Source of the DNA: Corallococcus sp. bb12-1
Lineage (GTDB): Bacteria > Myxococcota > Myxococcia > Myxococcales > Myxococcaceae
Direction of reading: 5' to 3'
Assembly: GCF_026626765.1 (NCBI RefSeq)
Contig: NZ_JAPNJZ010000012.1
Coordinates: forward strand, 269,012 to 314,348
Length of the DNA stretch: 45,337 nucleotides
In this document: positions 29,286-37,100 of the stretch, piece by piece
Position numbering within the stretch: the first letter of the stretch is position 1
How the letters are laid out: the number at the start of each line of letters is the position of its first letter
Translations under genes and position numbers: made by a program
Notes under the pieces: generated by a model
Databases searched by the model: none
What the model saw: only the letters and a program-made list of their open reading frames with translations
Told to the model about the DNA's origin: nothing

Positions 29286-29312
29286 GGCCTGGGCACGGTG
29301 TGGGGCGACGGC

Positions 29313-29340
29313 GGGCGGTCTTCCTCGCGGAAGGCCGCCC
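29313..29340. terminator. Hairpin in the convergent gap (yihY-like gene / P460-like gene). Candidate terminator.
   Basis: gggcggtcttcc-tcgc-ggaaggccgccc (12-bp stem with one mismatch), followed by gtggccgttt on the plus strand. Confidence 0.3.
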
Positions 29341-29349
29341 GTGGCCGTT

Positions 29350-29838
29350 TCAGGGCAAGGGCGTGGTGACGTAGTCCTTCCCGTCCGAATGGCAGCCGTG
29401 GCAGGAGTCGTGGGCGCGGCCGTAGTAGTTGTTGTCGTACTTCGGGCCGAAGCCCTCGTAGAAGATCCAGGTGTCCTTGCCGGCGCCGTCGGTGATCTTC
29501 ACGTCCAGCGCGTGGCCCCGGAGCGTCTTGCCGTCGCTTTCGAACAGCTCCTTGACGAGGATGCTGCCCACCGGATGTGTGGCATTGCCGTCGCGCAGCG
29601 AACCCACGACGAGGTCGTTGAAGAAGACGCGGACCTTGCTCCCGTGGGGGGCGCGCGTTTCGTGGATGGTGGGCTCCGCGAGCCAGGACTTGTAGCGGCC
29701 GGAGCGCACGAAGTCGGTGATGCCCTGTTCGGAGGTGTCGAGTTCCTGGACGACGCCCAGGCCCTCGTCCACCGACGAGGAGGGACCACAGGCGCTGGCG
29801 AGTAGCAGGAGCGAGGTCAGCAGGAGGCGCGGGTGCAT
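29350..29838 (-). CDS. Cytochrome P460-like lipoprotein (mono-haem, C-terminal CXXCH).
   Basis: Lipobox signal peptide MHPRLLLTSLLLLASAC. 162 aa. A single haem c motif CHGCH near the C-terminus. Size and motif placement fit the cytochrome P460 / cytochrome c'-beta family. Confidence 0.5.
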   Translation of the reverse strand: MHPRLLLTSLLLLASACGPSSSVDEGLGVVQELDTSEQGITDFVRSGRYKSWLAEPTIHETRAPHGSKVRVFFNDLVVGSLRDGNATHPVGSILVKELFESDGKTLRGHALDVKITDGAGKDTWIFYEGFGPKYDNNYYGRAHDSCHGCHSDGKDYVTTPLP

Positions 29839-29883
29839 TCCCTGCGTTACGCCCGTGCGCCCGGTGTGGTTACTGGGGGCTGC

Positions 29884-30516
29884 TCAATGCTCTGAATAGG
29901 TGTGGGAGAGGACGAAGGTCAGCGAGCGCACCACCTCGGGGATGTCGATCTCGAACCAACCCCGATTCAAGTCCGCGGGGGTGACCTGGTAGTGGACGGT
30001 GCCGAACTCGTCGTCGAAGGAGAAGTCATCGACGTCGAAGATGGAGATCTCGATGGGGTTCTTGAGGAGGTTGGACGACACCACCTGGCAGCTTCCCGTG
30101 GACCAGCGAGGCTCCAGGCTCTGGACGGTTTCGGTGCGCGAGCGCTCAGCGGCGGAAGGGCAGCGCATCTCGACGACGACATCCGGCGGTGAGCCATCTG
30201 GATCCCACTCCGGATCCTCTTCGTCAAACGGGTCGTGGTCGAGGATGGAGGCGCGGATGGGCTGCACCCGGGTGCGCATCACGCCCACGATGCAGGCCTG
30301 CTGCTCCAGGTGACAGACCGAACCGCTGGTACAGCCCTCACATGCGGCGCCACCGTTCCTGGGGCCGCAGGCGTCATCGCCCTGGGGACGGATGCACTCG
30401 GCCTCCACGGTGCAGCACCCGTCCCGGCAATTGTCCGGAGTGCACTCCGAGGGACCGCAGGCGGGCAGCAGCAGCGCGCACGTCAGGGCGATGAGGAGGG
30501 AGGCGGGGCTTTTCAT
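29884..30516 (-). CDS. Cys-rich secreted lipoprotein, function unknown.
   Basis: Signal peptide with lipobox (LLLPAC). 13 Cys in the first 90 mature residues (CTPDNCRDGCCTVEAECI...CEGCTSGSVC), then an acidic region. Confidence 0.5.
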   Translation of the reverse strand: MKSPASLLIALTCALLLPACGPSECTPDNCRDGCCTVEAECIRPQGDDACGPRNGGAACEGCTSGSVCHLEQQACIVGVMRTRVQPIRASILDHDPFDEEDPEWDPDGSPPDVVVEMRCPSAAERSRTETVQSLEPRWSTGSCQVVSSNLLKNPIEISIFDVDDFSFDDEFGTVHYQVTPADLNRGWFEIDIPEVVRSLTFVLSHTYSEH

Positions 30517-30564
30517 GAGGGCAACGGTGAAACCTAGCAGACCCGGGGCAAAGGACTTCAAGCC

Positions 30565-31737
30565 ATGCCCCCTCAGGGCCGCATGAGGGCTCCCCATGGC
30601 GCGGTACAATCGAGGCTCATGGACGCCGCACTGACCGAGCGCTGGCTTACGCCTGACGGCCTCCGCCGACGTGAACGGCTGGTGGCATTGGGACTCCGTG
30701 GGCCATGGCGCGAGGTCCTCGTCGGGTTTCCGGGCGTGGGCGCGTTGGATCCCGCGGTGGGAGACCTGCGGGGCATCGACCTGACGCAGGAGGAGTTACC
30801 CGGCGCGGACCTCGTCCGGGCCCGCCTTGATGGTGCTCGGCTGGATGACTGCGGCCTCATCGAGGCCCGGCTCGACCTGGCCACGCTGTCGGAGGCGTCG
30901 CTCACCTGGGCGCGTATGGACCGCGCCAGCCTGCTCGGGTGTGTGGCCTTGGGAGCGAGTTGGGACGATGCCTCGTTGGAGGGGGCGGTTCTCACGGCTT
31001 CCAACCTGACCCGGGGTTCCTTCCGCCGCACGCGACTCCGGGGAGCGCTGTTGACCGCGACGACGCTGCTGAAAGCGGACCTGCGTTGCGCGGACCTCCG
31101 GGGCACGGAGATCTCCTGCTGCGACATGGAGGAGGCACGTGTCGCGGGCGTCCGCACGGACCGTCCCCGGACCTATGCGCGGGAGACCTGGAACCAGGCC
31201 ACGATTCGCGCCCTTCTGGGGAGCGGATATCCCTCATTCCTGGATGCCATCCTGTTGTGGCCCGGGCCGATGTCGTTTCGGGGGCTCACCCAGGGGGCGG
31301 AGGTGCTGCGGAACGTGGAGGCAGGAGTGGAGGCAAGTCCTGGGGTGGATGCGGAGATCCTCGCTCTGTTCCAGGATGAGCCGTATCCCTTGCATTGGGT
31401 GGGCGCGGTGGCGATGCTGATTGGGGGCGCACGCAAGGAGACCCTGGATGCGCTGTGGTCGAGGCTCGACAAGGGCCGCGTGGCGCATCCACAACTCGTG
31501 GTGGTCGCGCTTCTCGTGGATCCAGCCTTCGAAGCGAAGGCCCGCACCCGGCTCGATGCGCCGAGCCGATTGGGTCCCGAGGTGCTCGCCAACCTTGCGT
31601 GGGCGCTCTCGCAGCGGACCGGCCATGCGGTCAATCCGAGCGCCACGACGAGAACCTGTCAGCGCTGGTTCGACAGCCTCCGAAAACAGATGGACCCGCG
31701 CATCCAGGCGCAATGGATTCCTTTGGCGGGGCAGTGA
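30565..31737 (+). CDS. Pentapeptide-repeat protein with a C-terminal domain of unknown function.
   Basis: Tandem A(D/N)LxX-type repeats (ADLVRARLDGARLDDCGLIEARLDLATLSEASLTWARMDRASLLGC...ADLRCADLRGTEI). Confidence 0.65.
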   Translation: MPPQGRMRAPHGAVQSRLMDAALTERWLTPDGLRRRERLVALGLRGPWREVLVGFPGVGALDPAVGDLRGIDLTQEELPGADLVRARLDGARLDDCGLIEARLDLATLSEASLTWARMDRASLLGCVALGASWDDASLEGAVLTASNLTRGSFRRTRLRGALLTATTLLKADLRCADLRGTEISCCDMEEARVAGVRTDRPRTYARETWNQATIRALLGSGYPSFLDAILLWPGPMSFRGLTQGAEVLRNVEAGVEASPGVDAEILALFQDEPYPLHWVGAVAMLIGGARKETLDALWSRLDKGRVAHPQLVVVALLVDPAFEAKARTRLDAPSRLGPEVLANLAWALSQRTGHAVNPSATTRTCQRWFDSLRKQMDPRIQAQWIPLAGQ

Positions 31738-31738
31738 C

Positions 31739-32563
31739 TCACTTGCTCCAACGCAGCAGTTTCGCGCGAGCCGTGTCGGACAGCTGGGTCACCACGAACT
31801 GTTCGAGCAGCGAGGGATCCGGCTCCTTGCGCACGGGCTCCACCATGAAGTCCCACGTCTCGAAGTCGTCCGCCTCCTGGAAGAGGATCAACCCCACGCC
31901 CATGCGCTGCGCTTCCGACGTGAGCCGCGCGATGTCCGTGTCGTCTGGGTTCTCGGGCGTTTCGAACAGGGCGAAGGCATGCGTGGCCGTCCTGGCGTGC
32001 GCGGCGGCCTCGAAGACCCCGGTGATGTTGAACTGCCAGCTCGGCTTGATTTCGAAGGTCCAGATGTCGAAGGTGCGACCGGGCCAGTGGGTGAAGGTCC
32101 GCATGCTGATGGCGGTGATGTCGGGGCGGGTCCACACGCCCCCCGTCTTCTTTCCCCCCTGGTTCGCGGTGATCTCGATGTGGAAGTCGTGCAGCCCGCG
32201 CTCCTTCGTCCACTTCTCGTGCAGCACTTCCAGGCATGGGGCGTAGAGGTCAACCTCCGCTCCCTCCTCGGGCTCGGGAGGAAGCTCCACGAGGCTGCCG
32301 CTGAAGGCATTCGTGTCAGAGGGTTTGATCTCCTTGACGATGTTGACGCTGCCGCCGCGCCCCCGGCCTCGGAGGATCTGTCCATCCTCGATGAGCTTCT
32401 CGCGCAGCCGCCAGTACTCTGATTCAGACCAACCCAATTCATTCATCAGGCTGGTGTTGCCGGAAGAGCCCCCGTTCTTGATCAAGACCTCGAGGAACTT
32501 CCGGCGCTGGGAGTCATCAACGGGGCGTCCTGCCATGGGAAGGTCTCCTTGCTTGACAGCCAT
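31739..32563 (-). CDS. Hypothetical protein with an N-terminal winged-helix-like region and a PD-(D/E)xK-like nuclease motif.
   Basis: RRKFLEVLIKNGGSSGNTSLMNELGWSESEYWRLREKLIEDGQILRGRG (wHTH-like). Then HDFHIEI...RPDITAI...FEIKP (D...PD...ExK arrangement). The ATG overlaps the stop of the upstream gene by 1 nt (TGATG). Confidence 0.5.
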   Translation of the reverse strand: MAVKQGDLPMAGRPVDDSQRRKFLEVLIKNGGSSGNTSLMNELGWSESEYWRLREKLIEDGQILRGRGRGGSVNIVKEIKPSDTNAFSGSLVELPPEPEEGAEVDLYAPCLEVLHEKWTKERGLHDFHIEITANQGGKKTGGVWTRPDITAISMRTFTHWPGRTFDIWTFEIKPSWQFNITGVFEAAAHARTATHAFALFETPENPDDTDIARLTSEAQRMGVGLILFQEADDFETWDFMVEPVRKEPDPSLLEQFVVTQLSDTARAKLLRWSK

Positions 32564-34125
32564 CAAGCCACAGCCAGGATGGATTTGCTTCGCTCCTCCT
32601 CAAGGAGCGCCAACGTCTTGCGGTACTCCGCTGCTTCCGCGAGCTGGGTCAGCTCGAACTCCCCGTGGTGCTTGCGCACGGTCGCGGCGATCTCCTCCAG
32701 GCTGACGCGGAAGAACTCTTTGCGCTCGTTGATGCGATTGACGCGCCGGTCCGTGAAGGCGCGGTGCAGTGCGTTCTCCAGCGCGGGGGCATCCGAGGTC
32801 CGGATGATGGCATGCACGTCAAACTCGAAGGGGACGGAGGCATCCCCCAGCTCGTCGATGCGGTCCTGTGGCACCAGCCTTCGCGTCATCCCCAGCTTGT
32901 AGACGCCCTCTCCGAAGGAGCCGATGTTGGAGATGACGTAGACGTGCCCCGTCCGCGTGAGCTGTGCCTGGGAGATGGCCCGTTGCTTCTCCATGTCCTC
33001 GGCCACCCGACGTTCCAACTCCGCGATGCGCTCCAGCATCCGCTGCTGCTCGGGCCCCTTGGCCTTCTCGTAGTCCAGCCGGGCCCGGGCCAGGGCGTCC
33101 GCATCGCGCTTTGCTTCACGCTCCGCTTCCAGCTTCGCCTTCTCCAACTCCCGCTGGGCGGTCTCTTCCTCGCGCATCTGCTCCCGGATGCGGCGCTGCT
33201 CGTCCCGCTCCTGCTGCACCTTCTCCGAGTACTCGTACGCCAGGAGCAGCTCATCCCGCTTCAGCTTCACGTACTTGCGCACGATGATGCACTGCTGGAT
33301 CTCCGTCAGGCTGTTGATGGCCGCCGCCGCCTTCTCCAGGCGCGTCTCCATGGCCTTCACGTTCTTGTACGTCACCTTCGCGATACAGGCGTCCGCCTCG
33401 CCATTGAAGGCGCGCAGCATCAGCTTTAGCGTCCGCTCCGTCTGCTTCCTGCCTTCCGCCTTGCTGCCGTTGACCTCCCACTCCAACGAACACGTCGCTG
33501 CCTGCTTGTCCTTCAACATCTGTTTCTGGGCTTCGCGGAGCGTCTCCAGCCGGTCCTCGTACTCCTTCACCGAGGACAGGGCATACACGGGCTTGTAGAA
33601 GCCGAAGGAGAGCAGGACGGCCTCCTCCTCCAGCTCCTTCAGCTCCGTTTTCAATCGGCCGATGCCCGATTCCAGCCCCGTGCGCTCCGTGTTCGCCTGG
33701 AGCCGCCGCGCCTCCGCCTCCGACATGGCCCGTTTCGCGGCCTCCGTCGTCCGGGTGGCTTCGTCGCGAAGGCGTGTCAGCTCCGCCTTGGCCCGCGTCT
33801 GTTCCGCGGCGACGGCCTGCTCGACGTCCGCCTTCGCCTTCGCGAGCTGGGTCTCCACCCGCTTCTGCTCCGCCGCGAGAGTGGTGTCCGCCTCACTCCG
33901 GGCCCGGGCAAGCTCCTCCTGGACGCGCTTCTTCTCCGACGCCATGGCGGCGTCCGCATCCGTGCGCGAGCGGGTCAATTCCTCCGCGACGCGGCGTCGC
34001 TCGGCTTCCAGGTCCAGGATGGGTTTGAAGCGCTCCTGGACCACCCGGAGCTGAACCCGGGTCCGGAACCACAGTCCTACGAAGAGCAGGGCCAGCGCTC
34101 CAAGCCCGATGGCAATGATTGTCAT
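32563..34125 (-). CDS. Membrane-anchored coiled-coil protein with a DUF4041 domain and a C-terminal T5orf172 (GIY-YIG-like/MUG113) domain.
   Basis: N-terminal TM helix MTIIAIGLGALALLFVGLWF. ~170 aa of heptad-rich E/R/A repeats. C-terminal GHVYVISNIGSFGEGVYKLGMTRRLVPQDRIDELGDASVPFEFDVHAIIRTSDAPALENALHRAF...ERKEFFRVSLEEI, characteristic of T5orf172. Confidence 0.7.
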   Translation of the reverse strand: MTIIAIGLGALALLFVGLWFRTRVQLRVVQERFKPILDLEAERRRVAEELTRSRTDADAAMASEKKRVQEELARARSEADTTLAAEQKRVETQLAKAKADVEQAVAAEQTRAKAELTRLRDEATRTTEAAKRAMSEAEARRLQANTERTGLESGIGRLKTELKELEEEAVLLSFGFYKPVYALSSVKEYEDRLETLREAQKQMLKDKQAATCSLEWEVNGSKAEGRKQTERTLKLMLRAFNGEADACIAKVTYKNVKAMETRLEKAAAAINSLTEIQQCIIVRKYVKLKRDELLLAYEYSEKVQQERDEQRRIREQMREEETAQRELEKAKLEAEREAKRDADALARARLDYEKAKGPEQQRMLERIAELERRVAEDMEKQRAISQAQLTRTGHVYVISNIGSFGEGVYKLGMTRRLVPQDRIDELGDASVPFEFDVHAIIRTSDAPALENALHRAFTDRRVNRINERKEFFRVSLEEIAATVRKHHGEFELTQLAEAAEYRKTLALLEEERSKSILAVA

Positions 34126-34158
34126 GGATGTCCCCCCACCGAAGCGGGAAAGTCTAAC

Positions 34159-37100
34159 TCAGGCACTCAGCGAACGCATCTGGCCCTCGGCGGGAGGGTC
34201 GTTGCGGACCACCTTGGGCCGCTCCGCCGTGTCCTCTTCGCGGAGCAGTGTGTCGATGCGCGCGACGATGCGCGCGACCTCTTCCGCCGGCGAGCGGAAC
34301 CAATCCGTGGACCAGATGCGATGCAGCCGCCACCCCAGCCCCGTCAACACCTGGTCTCTCAGCCGGTCGCGATCCCGGGCGGAGCGTGAGCTGTGATAGC
34401 GCTCTCCGTCACACTCCACCCCCAGGATGTAACGGCCGGGATGGCGGGGATGCCGGATGGCCAGATCGATGAAGTAGCCCGCGACGCCCACCTGCGGCAC
34501 GACTTCGTACTGGTGCGCCGCGAGCGCCTTCGCCACCGCCACCTCGAAATCCGAATCCGGAGGGCGTCCGCTTCCGACGCCGTGGGCCACGAGCGCACCC
34601 TGGGCCTCGAACAGGTAGCGCTGCAGGACGCGCATCCCCCGGGGGCTGCTCTCCTGCACCTTGAGGTCTGATGGCTCAAACGACGCGAACACCGTCAGCG
34701 CGGACCGTGCCCGCGTGAAGAGCACGTTCAAGCGCCGGTACCCGTCCGCCTGGTTGATGGGGCCGAAGTTCTGCCGGAAACGGCCGTCCCGATCCTTGCC
34801 GAACGTCACGGAGACGAAGATGGCGTCGCGCTCGTCGCCCTGGACGTTCTCCAGGTTCTTCACATCGAAGGGATTGGGCGTTTTCGCCCAGGACGCCAGG
34901 AAGGCCGCGAGTCTGGCGTCCTTCTTCTCTTCCGCCAGCACCAGCGTATCGATGAGCTCCCGCTGCTTCGAGTTCAGCGTGACGACCAGCAGGCTCTGCT
35001 CGGGTCGGGTGTGCGCGTGCTGCCGCACCGCCTCCACCACCGCGCGGGCCTCGGGCTCGTTGCGGTTGGACTCATAGAGTCCGTTCTCCACCCGCACGAA
35101 GCGGACCCCCAATCCTTCCATGTGCTGTCCGGGCGCGGGAAAGACAATGAGGTCTCCGTTGTAGAACTCCCTGTTGCTGAAGGAGATGAGCGCCGGGTGC
35201 CGGGAGCGGTAGTGCCAGCGCAGCATGCGCATGGGGAATCGTCGCGCGGCGGCCACCAGGATGCTCTCCGACTCATCCAGGAGGGACGGACCTCTTGCCT
35301 CCTCCGGGTCCGTGACTTCTTCACCCGTGTCTTCGTCATCCCGTTCGAGCTGCGCGAAGAAGCTCGTGGGCGGAAGCTGCTCCGGGTCTCCCACCACCAC
35401 CAACTGACTGCCGCGTGCGATGGCGCCCAGCGCGTCTTCCGGACGGAGCTGGCTGGCCTCATCCATCACCACCAGGTCGAAACGCAGGTGCCCGGGCGGC
35501 AGGTATTGGGACACGGACTGCGGACCCATCATGAAACAGGGCATCAGCGCCTGAAGCGCGCTCCCCGCGCGTTGCACCAGCTCCCGGATGGAGACGTGTC
35601 GCTGCTTCTTGCCCAGCTCATGCTGGATGAGCTGAACCTCCGTCAGGCCCGCCACCTTCTGCGAGTGCACGCCCTGCGGCACCGGTCGGCGGCTGAGCTG
35701 ATGTGCCAGGTTCGGTCCCTGCTGCCCGATGAGCTGTGCATCCAGTCGCGCGAAGTCCTCACGCTGCGCGGCATGCACGGCGCCCGTGAACTGATCGAGC
35801 TCCGGCTGTTCCCTCAAGACGGACTCGGCCAGGGACCGGAAGAAGACGGCGTCGAAAGCCGCGAGCAGCTTCGTCGCCAGCGCCGGCCGGGCGTCGATCC
35901 GCTCCAGGAACGCGGTGGTGGAGCGCAGGCGCGTTACCGCGTGCCGGTGTCGCTGGTACGCGGCCCAGGCGGGGAGGGTGCTCGCGCGCTCCAGTGCCCG
36001 GTGCAACCGCCGCATCGTGGCCGTGAGCGGTGCCTCGGAGGCCGCGTCCTCCCAGGTTCCGGGCTCCATGCGTCCCAGCTCCTGCGCCCGTACCGTCGCG
36101 TCGCGGTAGTCCCGCAGTCGGGCTTCCACGTCGCGGCTTCGCGCCACCAGGCCTGCATGGCGACGTGCCGTGTCCTCCCGGAGCAGCCAGTCCGCGAAGC
36201 CTTCGGGAAGAGGGGCCGCGAGCACGTCATCCACGTAGCGCGCGAGCGCCCGGGGGCCGGCCGTGAGCGTCTTCCTTCCCTGGGACTCCGCGCCCAGCAA
36301 CGCGGACGCCACCGTGTGGTCCTTCAGTCGCTCCGCTGCCTCGCACGCTTCGCGCACGGTGCGCACCTGGGCCTGGAACTGGACCAGGGACAGTGAAGGC
36401 GGCGCAGCCGCCCGGCGAGCCTGGTCCAGGACCTCTCCCAGGTGGACGCGGAGCGCTCCCAGGCTGGATTTCACCTGGGACGCGGGGTTGGTGTTCCACG
36501 AACTCTTCCGCAGGTGCATGCGCGTGGCGGCTTCCTGCACCGCGTCGCTCACGTTCCGGGCCTGGAGGTGGGCATCCCCCTGGACCGAGGCCTTGGCGAT
36601 CGCCTCGCGCCAGCGGTTCGCGGGCAGCTCCAGGGCCATGCGCGCCAGGGGCTCGACGCTGGCGCCCATGGGACGCAGCAGCGCTTCCACCTTCCGCCAG
36701 ACCTCCACCCAGGCGAGGAGCCGATCAAAGCGCGTCGCGGTCCCCTGGAAGCGCTCGCCCAACAGCTCTCGCAAGGACGCGTCCGCATGGAAACGCTCAC
36801 GGGCGGCGTGATGCGCCAGCAGATCGTTGTACCCGAGGATCAGCAAGGGCCGTGTCGGCCGCAGACCATGGGCCATGGCCTGGAAGTCGCGCCGTGCAAA
36901 GCGCCACCCCCGCGACAGCCACGGGATGAACGGCGCGGTCGACACGGCGACGGCGTGCGCCTTCAGCGTCTCCAGGCAGGGGACGAGTTCGGGCATGAAG
37001 CGGACGGCGAGGGCTCGCGACTGTTCATCCAGGTCGTCGCGGGTGCGCGCCGCGCTTCGCAGCAGCTCCTCCGCCGCGGGCGTCACCCAGCACGCATCGC

